Shown: piece by piece, positions 36,960 through 50,559 of the stretch
Numbering within the stretch: position 1 is the stretch's first letter
Layout of the letters: the number at the start of each line of letters is the position of its first letter
Assembly (NCBI GenBank): GCA_010909165.1
Contig: MU008186.1
Location: forward strand, 744,001-808,000
Origin: Anthoceros angustus
Lineage: Eukaryota > Plantae > Anthocerotophyta
Direction of reading: 5' to 3'
Length of the DNA: 64,000 bases
Notes under the pieces: generated by a model
Told to the model about the DNA's origin: nothing
The model's database searches: none
The model's input: the letters and a program-made list of their open reading frames with translations, nothing else
Translations under genes and position numbers: made by a program

Positions 36960-38520
36960 ACAATAAAAGGATTATCATCCTTCTCGTAATTAGGCTCTAA
37001 TCAAAATAGTTTTTGGTTAAATCACACATATTCTATTGGAGTAGATGGAGTGTAATATGGTTGTGTCTTCTCTTGAATAGTACTTTTTGAGCTGCTGATT
37101 GTATGGTCCGGATAAATGTATAATCATTTGAATATTTCATCCAAGCGAGAATATTTCAATTTAAACCATTGTCGAATTCATATATAAAACTTATCTATTT
37201 TTAACTTTAGTACTCACCTCAAAGAGTGAAAACAACTCGTTTTGATTCTTGATAACTACAAACAAAAAGTAAAAGTAATTAGTCATTTACCTCCATTTCA
37301 ATTCGGAGAAGATCTTTCTTTGCATATACCTTTTACAAGCGTTAAACACGTGTGAAGATTCCCCACCTGGAAATGTGATCGTATGTTACGAAGAAACATA
37401 AACATTAGAATTTTTCTTGGAATGCAAGCGGATATTACCTTTCAAGCGATGTACCTTTTGAATATTTTTCGTTGTCTCGGTTCTTCCATGAGAGACAACA
37501 AGTTCGTTTTCAACTCCTTATTTTCAATTGCCTATCTGCATTCAATGCATACGAATTACATTACATAGAATTATATGTAATGAAAATAATAGAGAAAGAG
37601 TTATCGCGCTTACTTGCTTGGATCTCATCTGTCTGCTCGAATGTTGGGTTGGACCCATCTTCATTCAAGATGGGCTGTGCTCTTTTAGACTATGCTCCCA
37701 AATTGCGAATACTTAGTTTTAAAGTCTTGAAAAGTGGTGGATATTGAAAATTGCTCATCCACTTTCCAAACTCGGTGAACTCAAGTGACGGCCGTAAGTT
37801 GGTCCATCCTCCTTGAAGTCATCAATTTTCTCTTTTTGCACGATCAAAAACCAAAATCATTACTTTCTTAAACCAAAATCATATTAATCCAAATTATATA
37901 CATTATACATTTTGTATTGGAGATGGCTGCGTTGTCAATGTTGTTGTCAATCTATCGACTTTGTCCTTTATATTTTTTGGACGACTTGTTTTCCGGCGAT
38001 ACGAATGCCAAGTTATAAAGGTAAATGTGAAGAAGCAAAGAAGGTATGAATGTAATTTGATTACCTCGATCTTGCTGGATTGAACTTTGATATCCCTCAA
38101 CATTGTTTGCATTGAAAATCGGTGTCCATTAAACCTTTCCACAAGTGTGTATGTTTCCGGCTCAATTGTTTGTTGTCGAAGGTTCTTTTTTAATATCCTG
38201 CGAGATAAATTTAGGGTTAAGATTTTGGATTTGAGCATACTTAGATCAATTTATGAATTAAAGAAAAGCTTACCTTCTTTATCTTATTCAATCAAGGTGC
38301 ATCTCGCAAAAGATGCTTAAGGTCTTGTTTGTCCATGATGAGAACATTGTGTGCTCGCAGAGGACGCAACCCACGGTTTTGTTAGACTCACCAACGAGAA
38401 CATACAGACTAACAACAATCATTTTTCCGAATACCTTTTTCTACGATCTTTCTTATCTCCAGTGGTGGTTCAAACTGAAGCCATATCCGGATCCCCATGG
38501 GTGGGAAGTAATTTGTCGAG
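36960..38520 (-). pseudogene. Putative multi-exon host gene or pseudogene, product unknown, AT-rich
   Basis: Series of GT-AG introns on minus: 38273-38198, 37613-37536, 37438-37367, 37290-37256, plus donors at 38064 and 37217. Exons are protein-like but contain stops and shifts. Confidence 0.4.
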
Positions 38521-38556
38521 TGGCGCTCAGTGGTGGCGCCCGTAGTTGCTAGGGGT

Positions 38557-39028
38557 TGACACAATAAATATTAGTAAAAGTAAAAAGCAAAGTAAAAACG
38601 TAAATACGAAGAACAATCAAGTACCTTCTTGGATTTGAAAATCGTTATTGCCGTTGTCGATTCCATCTGATTCAAACGAAAAGCCACCGTAACACCGTCA
38701 AATCAAGCGCCAAGACGCATCAAGACATCGCGCATCAAAACACTGACGACGCGCCAGACAAAGATCATGATGAGCAAGAGAGGATCGTGGGGCAGCAAGG
38801 CCGGTGGAAAGAGGAGAGGAGAGGAGGAGGAGCTCTCTCACATTGAGATGAGGCTTGGAGGTATTTATACCTCCAATAGGGCTCCCTAGGAAGCTCCACA
38901 AGAAGCCCTAGGAAGGAGCACAAGAAGCTTCCTAGTGATTAGCTTAAGCTAAACTAATGATACTTAATCGACACCTAACTTAGACTAAGTGTATTAGTCT
39001 AAGTACATTGGGCTTTAATACCCTTACA
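38557..39028 (-). repeat. 3' LTR of copia-3 (left boundary tentative)
   Basis: Minus strand starts TGTAAGGG after the PPT; TATAAATA on minus near 38860-38868. Confidence 0.6.
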
Positions 39029-39039
39029 ACCTCCCACTT

Positions 39040-42000
39040 AAAGGCCAATTTACCTTCAGAGGAGAATGGACTATCTCATGCCCATCTGTCCGAGCTTGTG
39101 CAAATTGCTGTAGAGAGTCCCTTGGTAAGAATATCTCAGGGGTTGGTGGTGAACCTTGACAAGTTGTACCCTCTTGTCCCAACACCTCTCGAATGAAGTG
39201 ATACTTCACATCCACATGTTTAGTCTTCGCATGAAACATCGGATTCTTTGCCAATTGGATAGCACTGCTATCACAATGCAACACCGGCAGCCTCAACCTT
39301 GATCCCCAAGTCTCCCACTAAACGAGCAAGCCATATGGCTTCCTTGCAAGCCTCTGCAACATACTCGGCCTGTGGTAGATAGCGAATGCACGATCGCAAA
39401 CGAGATCGCCATGAGATCGCCTCCAAAGCACACGTGAAGACATAACTCGATGTGGACCTCCTTTTGTCCATATCCTCGCATAATCGATCTGGTACCCAAC
39501 CACATGCATCTTCACTACCAAAACATATGCACAAAGCTTTTGTACCATTCGATACCTCATAACTCCTTTTATCGCCTCCCAATGCTTCTTGCCGTGGTTT
39601 GACATAAACTGCTAACCACTCCCACGCAAAGGCAATGTCGACGTAGCAATCATTGCATACATCAAACTCCCTACATGATGAGTATGGGACCTTCTCCACT
39701 TTGTCCTCCTCGTAGCTTGGGCAATCCGCGCTTGAAAGTTTCACATATGGAGGCAATGGAGTACCCAATGGCTTCCCTTCTCCATGTTGAAACGTTGAAG
39801 CACACGTTAATGTATTCAGAGACAAAATAAAGCGACGCTTATGTCCTGCTCCGACACGCATGCCAAGTATATGGCTCGCCTCCCAAGTCTCGCTATTTCA
39901 AAGTGAGCATTCAACTTTGACTTCAACGAAATCCAAGATCGCTCCAAAGAATTAGCATATCATCCACATAGAGGATCAAAATGAGCAAGCTTTGATCCTT
40001 AGCTTGCTCAGATAGAGGCAATGATCCTCATCGCCACGCTTTGTAGCCTTGAGAAAGCATAAATGAGTGGAACTTGTGATACCACCGGGTGCCCGTTTCA
40101 AACCATAAAGGCTCTTCCTCAACTCGCACACCGATGCTCTTTGCCCTTCTCAACAAAACCTTCCGTTGTGCATGTAGACGCCCCTCTTGAAGGTCACCAT
40201 GCAAGAATGCCGTTGACATCCATCCGCATAAGTTCCATATCATCTCGCAACCAAAGCAAGAACACATCGCAAAGTTGTCATTTTGACTATCGGTGAGAAA
40301 ATCTCATCAAAGTCAATGCCTGTTGTTGCTTGAAACCCTTAGCAACCAATCGCCTTGTACTTTGGTTTGCCATCAAGTATGACCTTCATCTTGTACACCA
40401 TTTGCACTGAGTGCCTTCTTATCCTAGCAACCAACCAACTCCCAAGTTTGGTTCTTATGCGTAATTCATTTCGATCGCATGGCCTTCTCCCACTTCTTGT
40501 TACTCGTTGACATGGCCTCTTTGTAAGAAGAGGGTTCCCCACAACTGTCGATAACATAATCCGAGATGGATCATACCGTGAGGTCGTGTAATCCGCCTCG
40601 ACCACGGCAGTGCACCTCTATAGGTGCTTGTTCGACTCTTGGTTCATCTATGGTGGAGGAATGTGCTCGCACATTACCACCAAACCCCGCCATGATGATC
40701 ATGTCCATCTTCTTGGAAGATCACCCTTCGCACCTCCACGCTTGGAGTAGGCTTCTGCGTGCATCTTGTTCTCATTGAAGAACACGTACGAACAACCTTT
40801 CTAGCCTCGGATCCCACAAACGGTATCCCATCTCACCGAATCACCATAGCCAAGAAAAATACATTTCTTGGACTTAGGTGCCAACTTGTCCGAAACTCTT
40901 TTGGAACATGGCAAGATGCCTCACAGCCCAAACACTCGCATGCTTGTAGGATGGTTTCTTTCCGCACCATAGCTCCTCCGAACTCGCTCATCAATGCCTT
41001 ATTAGGAGATCTCATTAAGATGAATGCAGTGACATCGCCCAAAACCCATTAGGCAATCCGAGTTTGACAACAAACTACGCATCCTCTCCTCGAATGGTTC
41101 TGCTCATCCGCCGCCCACACCATTTTGTGGAGGAGTATACTGCAAATTCTTTTGATTCCCTTGGAATCAATGACTGAAAGCTGAAACATACTCGCCACCA
41201 TTATCCGCCCTTAGACACTTCAATCGGTGACCGATTCTCTACAAGGGTGACAAATTTCAAACACCGCCGAACTTCATCCTTTTTCCTCAAAGGATAAAAC
41301 CCACACCTTGCGTGAGAAATCATCTATGAAAGTGACAAAATAGAGGCACCGCCTAATGATGCAGGCATAGGTCCACATACATCAGTGAACCAACTCAAGA
41401 GGTTTACTCCTACTTTTACCTCGTGTTCGATGTGATGATTTTGTCTGCTTTCCCATATAAACAAAGGCTCACATCGAGAGATCAGAAGTTAAGAACAGGA
41501 TATAACCGTAACGAGATAAAACCTTCATTCCCTTCTCGAGACATATGTCCTAACCGCAATGCCACAAGGAAACATTTGGTGCTCTCAACGATCACATGAT
41601 CTTTGATGTTTACTCAAGTGAGTACAAAGTGCCACACTTCGATCCACGAGCTAACACAAGAGAACCTTTGGAGATCTTCCAAGAGTGATCCCCAAAACCA
41701 GTGGTAACCAAAGATCATCCAACCGCCCGCGCTAATCATGCTCTTTGTCAACTTCGAACATGCCTAACGCCCTTCAAAGATGAATGAAGATCCGTTGTCA
41801 AACTTGAGTTGCACATCACCCACGCCCGCGATCCGCATGCATAGTTATTTCCAAGCCTAACGATCCTTTCCTTGTAGCATCATACGTTAAACCACTCTAT
41901 GAGGAGTAACATGGAAAGATGCACCGAGTCAATTATCCAATTGCGTAATAAATGACTATCCACACGTTAATCAGATTCAAGTAAGAAGAGATAAGGACAT

Positions 42001-42789
42001 CTCCGCCCCTCCGTAGTTTAACTCTTCCAACTCGATGACGTCGCCTTCTTGTCGCCCCGCTTCTTCTTTTCCTTGGTCCTTTTGAACTTCACTCTTTTGA
42101 AGTGACCCCTTTTGTGACAATAGTGACACTCCACATTCTTGTTACGACTACGAGATTTGCTACGAGAGAAGCTCGTCCTATTGCTTCCCTTCGCAGCGGA
42201 CCTCCCTCTCACTATGAGGGCACCGGAACCTTTGAAGGTTCCATGTTTTTCCTGCTCACCTCGCCAATGTGCTACCTTCTACATTTACAATGGTAAGACC
42301 ACCAAAGTGAATTACTCGAGTCGCATTTAAAGGTGTCCCAACTCTCCGTAATGTGACCAATGTAAACATAGCTCTCACTAACTGGGAACGTGATACCTTG
42401 AGATGAGAGTCCTGAAAATGGTATTGAAATCATTCGATGATCGGACATCCTCGTCCCTTCCTTCATCTTCAAGTCCACCAAATGTTTCAACCAATACACC
42501 GAGAAGCCGCACTTTGCTTCTCATACAGTCACATCCGCCATCCGTAACTCGTGGTCTTATCTTTCACATTGAAGTACACTGCTTTTGACAATGTTAGCAT
42601 GATAGTAGATCTAGCAAGCTCATCCAGTCCCGCCACTCATCCCGTCATACTATCCGGTTTGACGCCTAACAACTTTATGGGCTTGATCCGCTCGCACTAG
42701 AACATTATACACTTGTTCTTTCCGTAACGGAAGTTAGTACCATCTAACTTCTCGATATTGAACATGATTTTCGATGATGAAGACATCAT
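39040..42789 (-). pseudogene. gag-pol: copia-3 gag-pol, heavily frameshifted
   Basis: Domain motifs as listed for the element. Confidence 0.85.
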
Positions 42790-45700
42790 GACTCAAAATC
42801 GATACAGAGAAACACTCGACTCGCCTCATATCGGGGTAAAAGTCAAAGAAGAAAGTCAGCCACCGGTGACGCTGGCCCGTGGTATTTTCCTTTTCGCTGG
42901 ACTATTCCGACTCCCGAATGTTCCGTCCTCAACATTCTCGATGTTGACGACTTCTGCCACGCCCGGCTGCTCCCGGCAAGACCTTACACTGACGGAATGG
43001 CTACTACATATAGGCATACGCCACGCCTCGGGCGTTTCAGATGTCTCATTGCATGGCGCCAGAGAGACTGTCGAGCCATCTACGCGGACACGTGGCGCAC
43101 TGCCGCCTAGCTGCCATAACAGCTCTCAAGCCTGTTACAGCCAAGCCGCCACCAGTTGCCTTGGCTACGCCTCAATGGCCAACAAGTTCGGTTGGATGCC
43201 CACAAGCCAGTGCATGGCCGAGTGCGGGGTCAATACTGCTCGTGCATGGGCGTAGCCGCTTCAGTCTCCCGCTGGGCTGTCGGGCGCAGCCTACAGCTTC
43301 AAGGTCTTCGGCCGGGCTTGGCCCACCTTTCACATGCGCCGCAGTTCTCAAGGTCTCTGGCCGGCGCCAGCGTTTGTGGGCCGGCAGTGCCACAAGATGC
43401 CCCAACCCTCACGGCAACCGCTGGTCATGCAAGCTCAAGATGCCGCTTTCGTGCGCACACCAAAAGTCGGGCTACTGCCGGCCTGACGGCATTCCACGCG
43501 CCCGCGGTCCGCAGGCCCGCCCGCCCATGCCCGCACGGCCTACCAGCAAAGTAGCCTCCCAGGAGGTTACTTAGGGAGCAAGGGAAGAAAGCTGCACCAA
43601 GCTTTGAGCACACCAACAAGCAAAGGAAGAAAATCTTGGTGGTCTTGTTACACTTGCGGTGAAAGAAGAAGAATTATTCACAGTGAGGACAACCAATGGG
43701 TAGCTGTGGGCAAGCAGCCTTAGAGCAAAGGATTTCTGTTTTTATGGGGAAGAATGTGAGGGCTTGAGAGATAGCGCCATCCGGATGATTGTGTGGTTCA
43801 GAGCACAAAGGTGGAGACGTGAAGGTCGGAAGGGGAGAAGCTTGTGGTTGACCGGAATCGATGACTCTGTAACAGACAATTGAGACATTGTTGTTTTGTG
43901 TCACAAGTGAAATTATTGGTAGGTGTGGTTTGAAGTATGATTGCTAGGTGTGCTACCTTGGGAGCAGCCGTCGTGGGAGCAGCCACCAGCAGCACAAGTA
44001 GTCTGTGACGCCTTGAGAAATAGATGTGGGAGAAATGTTTAGTGTTTTAGGATGGGAGGTGGCTGTATGTGGGAAAAGACGACCAGGCAGACGGGGTCGG
44101 GGAACCTACGACGACATTCCTCATGTATACCCGACAAAAGCATGGGATTCTTCCCCACCCGTCACCTTTGTGATATGTTATCGATCAACACATTTGTCTT
44201 CAATCGCGGCAAGGGCTGCCCATGTACCCTTCCCGATTTTCAAGACAACAAGGTTGCTTCAACCTTGTAGCATCCGGTAGGAATGCATCCTACTGATAGC
44301 AATTGGGTAGGCGCCTGACGTTCTATGAATAAAGGTTGCTCGAGGAGACAAGTATGTATAAAGGAACCTGCCATCCATGTAGTCCGTGTTGGTGGAGGAG
44401 GAGGCAGACAGATGGTCGCTGGTCGCACCAAACCGTTGAGCCAGCTACCGATTTTTAACTACAACAACAAGTGGTAACGGAGACTTGGCACAAAGACGCA
44501 CACCATGCCGAATGTGCTAGATAAGGGGTCGACACCGGGAAGAAGAAGCGATATCTGTGTACTATAAATAATAATAATCTAGTGGTGATGTACATATCCG
44601 CGATATACATCATATATGCAGAATATATCTACAAGTAGGTACCTATACATTATAAAGGTGAAGAAAAAGGTTGATAAAGGAATTGTGACCTTGGTGAGGT
44701 GGAAGGAAAGGTGACAGCTTAATGGGCATGTTACTTTGATATTCGTGTTTGGGCACCATTATCAAATAGTTGTGAAGAGACATTAACGATTGTACTCCCA
44801 ATGGGGTGTACAAAGATGGGGATGAGAGAGAGAGAGAGGGTCCTTGTTAGGTATGTTGCAATTGCATTTGGGAATTCATAAACAATGGATGAGAGAGGGA
44901 TGTAGTTAAGAGGGTGAAGGGTAGGAGAGAGGGCAAGTTCGTGTTAAGATGGTAGGGCCCACTTGGGGGAAAGGAAATGACAAACTTAATACAAACCTCC
45001 AAATCATGTTGCAAGTTAGAAGTGTAACATAAAATTGCAACAACGACTCAGAATATAGTCCTCGCCCTCCTCTAGGAACTGTCCCTCGACGCCATCGCTT
45101 GAAAACGGGCTTAACCCGGAGCCTCCTCCTCCATTCTCTTGGGGAATGGACCTCTTGCTAACGAGCAGTCCTCCTCTGCTCAGGCGCTACCACCCATCCT
45201 CACCGCCGCTGAAAAGTCACGCCGAGATCCTACACTTTTTCCGCCGCTGAAAGTCATGTTTGGGCCCACACGCTGCTACGAATCGACGTCTTGCAGTCCA
45301 TGATCGTAGCCCCTGACTATGGTCGCCTCATGCTTGCCAATCCACCTTCTCTCTCACACCTGCACAAAGGTAGATCCCTCTCCGCTCATCTCTGCCTTGA
45401 GCTTGTTTCCTCCTCCGCGCAGTCTTCAGCCTCCTTTTCCCACTCCGCCCCTGACCGTGCTCAGTCTAACAGGACCGATCTCTAGTGACCCTCTCGCCCG
45501 GCTGAAAATTTGAGAGAAATCACAGTATGTGCAAGTACAATCCTTGCCATCATGCCCATGGTCACCTCGTCCACGATGGTCCTTCTTGCAGCTCCTCGAT
45601 CCACGGCTTGGAAGTATTACTCTTAAGGTAGAGCAGACCTCCCTCCTCTCCCCTCCTCCTCCTTCCCATCCCTGTCACTCCCTCTTCTCGCATGTCCTAC

Positions 45701-45949
45701 TGTGCAGCTGCCCCTCTCCCCCTCCTCTTGCCCTAGTGCCTCACACTCCTCCTCCTTATAATCTCCCCTTCATCCTCTTAGCGTGTGTCCCCCTCCTCCT
45801 TCCTTCACTGCAGTCTCCGCAAAGTCCCTCAATCACCCTTGCCATTCTTATGGCCTCCGCTGCAACCTCCTGCTGCTCACCCTAGGGATCGCTGCTTTCA
45901 CCCCTGCACTGGCCACTCCTCACCTCTCCCTCGGTCTTCCGACCGCCTT

Positions 45950-47700
45950 AACCACCGCTGCTTCCGGCCCATCTCCTCAACACTGTCAGGCGTACCGCCT
46001 TTGTCAGAAACCGGTCGTCGGTGGCCTCAAGCCATTCCTCCACCGACGAGAAATGAAGTCCGTCAGATGTTGCTTCCCCCGCCCCGGTCTCCACCTCGAA
46101 ATTGAATTCTTGCAGCATCAATACCACTTGGCTATCCTTCCTCGATAAATCGGGTTTGTTCTGCTGCTGTACTCAACGCGAAATGATCAACATGAAATGT
46201 CACCAAAGCCAGCCAGCAAATAATGCCTAAACTTCTTATAGGAGTAGATGATACCAAGACCCTCTCTCATTCCGTGGTCGAGTTGTTCCTTTCAGCATCC
46301 GTGAGCTGCCTCTCAAAGATAAAAAATCGGGTGATCTCGCTTTTTCATCCTTCTCTACTCGAGATGGTCCTAATGGCATAAGTTTTGACACATCCACACA
46401 TGTTATACGAAACGGCTTCTCCAACTGGGGTTGTAACGCTGAGCGCCACCAAACTGTCCGCCTCAACTACATCGAAGGCCCCGCCGCTGGTTGTCCATTC
46501 AAAGGGTACATCCTTCGTAGTCCAACCTGTGGCAGCACAAGGCTGCCTTTCTCGGCTGTCCTTGATGAACCCCCAGAATACCCTACTAGTCCTACAAAGT
46601 CTGCAGCATTTGCCTCACCGCTTAGGTGGGGCGATCCACTCCGCCATCAATACTGCCATTTTCTCCTATCTACCTACAACTGCAGATCGAGATCCTCGAT
46701 GTGCTAACAAAATGCCCCTCCGACCATACCAAAATAACACACTTCCCCCGGGATGAAGTTTCGAAGTGTCTCGATTCTCCTCGCACTTCCTCGAAGCAAT
46801 CGCCTCAAATGGTCCATGCGCCTTTTCCCCAAACATGCAAAAATCATCCAGAATACCTCCATGAACTTCCGCTAAGAAATTTTAATATATAGCATTCACC
46901 ACATGCTGAAAAGTGGCAGGCGATTACACAACCCAAGGGAGCTTCGAATGAAGCCGTGAGGTGCTCTAATCGCCATAGAATGTCGCCTTGTCATGATCTT
47001 CCTCCATGAAATCCTGATTGAATTTCGCAGTATCCGTCCAGAAACTATACATCCTATGCGTCCGCCACCGTGTCCAGCAGCACACCGCCTGATGAAGGGC
47101 AAGGTGGTGATCCTTCTTGTCGCTTCATTGAGCTTCTAAATCTTGGCACACACCAACCTTTCCTACCGCTTGGGTACGATCACAATGGGAGCAACCCACT
47201 CACAAGGTGAGTACTGGAAATTACTCGCCTCCAAATATTGGCTCGAGTTGATCCCAACGACTATGGAATACGGGGTTCTACCAGCTGCTTGATCCTCTCG
47301 GGAGTGCTGCCCTCCTTCAAATCAATTCGTGTATGCCCGGGTCCCAACTCATGTCACAGAATCTTGAAGGCAAACATCGACATCCCCTAAGCACCTTATC
47401 AAACTCCCTCTTCTCCTTCCCTAGATACCTAGAAATCTTGACTACCTTGCAGGTTCTAACTCTAAGTCTCTACTGCGTCGGATTCATATCCCTCCGACCT
47501 CGCCACTTACACTAGTTCCATCCCTCCCTTGGAAAATCACGATCATAGGCCTTTACCTCCAAAGGCTACTCCTTCCCATGTGCCTCATCCTCACGACTCC
47601 TCACACACCTTCTTACGTGTGCTGTGAATACACCAAATCAACCTTTATTCGGTGGACCTCAAGCGAGGGTCTCAGGCTCTGGTATTTCCGACTGCCTTTG
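45950..47700 (-). pseudogene. pol: Ty3/gypsy RT-RNase H fragment (non-chromovirus-like)
   Basis: EWVAPIVIVPK, KKDHH..P, EKPF...VDVS, ERNYSTTERE-like and KFRHYL-like motifs across frames. Confidence 0.8.
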
Positions 47701-48095
47701 AAGAGCTCACCGACATTACTTCTGAGGTGTACCCACTGTTGGGTACCGCGGACTCCCCTTCATAGGCTGCCTTGAGAGCCTCCCAATCACGTCGGTGCCA
47801 GGTGCTAGGTAGGTGCGACCATACCACCATTGTTGCGTTATACCCTACGTGAGTCCAAGAAAGATGCGATCAGATGAGCGACTCACAGCATCCTCAAGTT
47901 GGAATGGGGACGTGGTCAACAGAGTTCATTTTCGCCTCAGCGTCGGTATCGCCTTCTTCTTCTTCTGGCGGTTGACATGGCTTTACTGTTGAGCAACTAT
48001 GCGGTAGCCATGACCCTACTCCGCCAGCAGCTCCTCATATTGCTTCGTCCAATTTGCTCCCTGCTTACTCCTATGCTTCTCAACCCCTCGGTGGG

Positions 48096-49033
48096 TGTAG
48101 ACAGTCCGCACTCTGGCCACCCCGAGCTCGCCTCGGGGCCATAATTTATCCCACGGTCGCTGAATGAGGTTCGATCCCAAGAGATTTGGTCTCGGATTGT
48201 TACAGTCGCTCCTCCTCACTCTCACTCGCCATTCGCCGCCCACTTGTCCTCGGTGGGCAACAAACCGTGTGGTCGGGTTCCTCGGGTCTGCCCACGGCGC
48301 CGCCTCCCACGCCCAGATTCCTTACTTCCACCCTCAACACTCTCCTATGCCACCATCGTCCAACTCGATCTACAAACACACATCCATACCAACCACTTCA
48401 CCATTCTCAAAAGAACACAGGTCACAAATCATCACATACAAACTCACTCACGATCCCAAATCTACTCTATGACGCGCTTAGCACGCCTCCCTTGCGGCAC
48501 AACCGCCTGGGTGACTAACGGTGTTTCTCTGGGCCGATTGCCGCAGGTCACGAACACCGACGCGAGCGTAGTCGAGCGCGTCACTCAGGAGGCCAACCAA
48601 CAAAGAACACAAAGTGCACATCCAACAACAATTTTCACGAGGAGGAGCTGGCCGAGCGAACCCACCGCGAGGGCCTCCGATCAACCCCACTTTCGCCTTC
48701 TCGCCGCCATGACGACGGCCACCGCGCACACACAAAGGGTTGCTCGAGACGAAGAGTGTAAAGCAAGGTCTGTGTTTATTCATCCTTCCACCCTCCCTTT
48801 TATAGGTGGGGGAGTCGACTGGTCACTCGTGCTAGTTTAATGCTAGGGCGACTTGCCAAGTCCAACAATAGGATCCTTGTCAGTCCCCTTGCAGTTCATC
48901 CTCTCAGCTTGGTCCAGCTCACTTTGATCGGAATATCCTATTTGTCTATACTGCCGCCACTCTTAAATACTCACACTTCCCAAGGTGTGCACCCCTTGGG
49001 ACAAAACGTCCTATAGAAAAGTTCCCATCGACA
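48096..49033 (-). repeat. Gypsy family B LTR, copy a
   Basis: TGTCG...CTACA termini on minus, CCTATAAAAG TATA near 48800, AATAAA downstream; matches 49656-50556. Confidence 0.7.
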
Positions 49034-49655
49034 CCACGCTCCGCTTATTCACCAGCTTCAATGTCTCCCTTCGATGGGTCGCTTAGCCTTGCCTCCTTCA
49101 GAGAGTCTTCACCAGGACTCTCCCCGTAGTATCGCCTCACGCCGGGTAGGTCCTCCACCGTAGGAGGTTCCATTCCTCCCACTCATCCCTTAGTAGGTTC
49201 CTCCCCACTCTGCCTTCTTGGTAGGCGGCCTCCTACCATGTGCTGATCTCGCTATGGGGGTTCCTTCCTCACACTGGTTTCACCGACCGAGATTCCCTCC
49301 TCCCGGGTCTCCTCCTCCTCAGCTTCCCACCGAGTAGGAACTTTGGTAGGTACCACCTACCATCAATCTCTCCTCCCTTGATGACTCCACCGTCTGGAGG
49401 TCTCATCGCGCAGGTGCTTCTGACACCCTTGTTTGTGTCTGTACCGCCTTTCCTTGTACCAACTCAAAGTCTCACCTCCGTGGCCATTCCACTTGGTGCC
49501 CGTAATGCTGAGGTCTGCTTTCCGTCCCCTCACCGTAGTTCCTCAATCGCTTCTAGGAGGTTGTTGGCAACTATGGGTAATGCCCTACTCCGCCAGCAGC
49601 TCCACTCATATTACTCGTCCTGCTCCGCTTACTCCTATGCTTCTCCCTCGGTGGG

Positions 49656-50556
49656 TGTGGGACGGTGCCTCGGTCACGGAGCTCGCCTCGGTGCCCACAC
49701 TTATCCCACAGTGTTGAATCGTGGGTTCGATCCCAAGAGATTTGGTTCGGATTGTTTGCAGTCGTTCCTCTCACTCTCTCTCATCGTTGGCGGTCTACTT
49801 GTCCTCGGTGTGGGCAACAAGCGGGTGTGGTCGTTCAGGTTGCAGCCCGGCGCCTCTCCGCCTTCGAGATTCCTTCCTCCACCCCAACACTCTCCTATGC
49901 CAATTACAACGTCAATTCACTCTACAAGACACATCCATACCCAACCTCTTCACCATTCTCAAAAGAAACATAGCTCACGACAATCACATACAAACTCACT
50001 TCATTCGATCCCAAATCTAACTCTACTAGCGTTCGCGATTGCGCCTCCCTTGCGGCTGCAGGGTGACGACTAGCGGTGTTTCTCTCGGGCGATTGCGTAC
50101 GAACACGGCGGCGTGGTCGGCGCCGATCACCCTGCGAGGCCAACCGGCAACACAAAGTCCAACAACAATCTTTCACGAGGAGGAGCTGCGTCGGCGAACC
50201 CAGCGAGGGCCTCGGCGAACCCCTCTTCGCCTTCTCGTCGCTTGGCGGGCGGCGGTCAGCGCACACAAAGGGATTGCGAGGCGAAGAATGCATGACAAAG
50301 CAAGGTCGGTGTTTATTCATTCTTCCACCCTCCCTTTTATAGGTGGGGAGTCGGTGGTCACTCGTGCTAGTTTAATGCTAGGCGACTTGCCAAGTCCAAC
50401 AATAGGACTCTATCGGTCCTTGCGGTTCATCCTCTCGGATCCGGCTCACCTTGACGGAATATCCTATTTGTCTATCTGCCGCCACTCTTAAATACTCACA
50501 CTTCCCAAGGTGTGCACCACTTGGGACAAAACGTCCTCTTGAAAGGTCTCACGACA
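49656..50556 (-). repeat. Gypsy family B LTR, copy b
   Basis: TGTCG...CCACA termini; TATA near 50337; about 1.55-kb periodicity with copy a. Confidence 0.7.
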
Positions 50557-50559
50557 TCT

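Larger units (their letters stand above)
38557..42789 (-). mobile_element. Ty1/copia element copia-3 (Tnt1/Tork-like), no 5' LTR or PBS found
   Basis: gag NIEKLDG and CHYCHKRGH knuckle, INT, RT (KPKYKA, TAFLHGDL), RH (FHAKTKHVDVKYHFIRE); PPT AAGTGGGAGGT at 39029-39039. Confidence 0.85.

Noticed and set aside
37903-38238. VERFNG motif suggesting an IS or DDE transposase
   Set aside because: The ORF spans intron-like sequence; no catalytic DDE context
44462-44485. acaacaagtggtaacggagac resembles an LTR end plus iMet PBS on plus
   Set aside because: Several mismatches to TGGTATCAGAGC and no gag follows
49240-50073. 277-aa plus-strand ORF
   Set aside because: Runs antisense across an ORF tail and an LTR; low-complexity shadow frame
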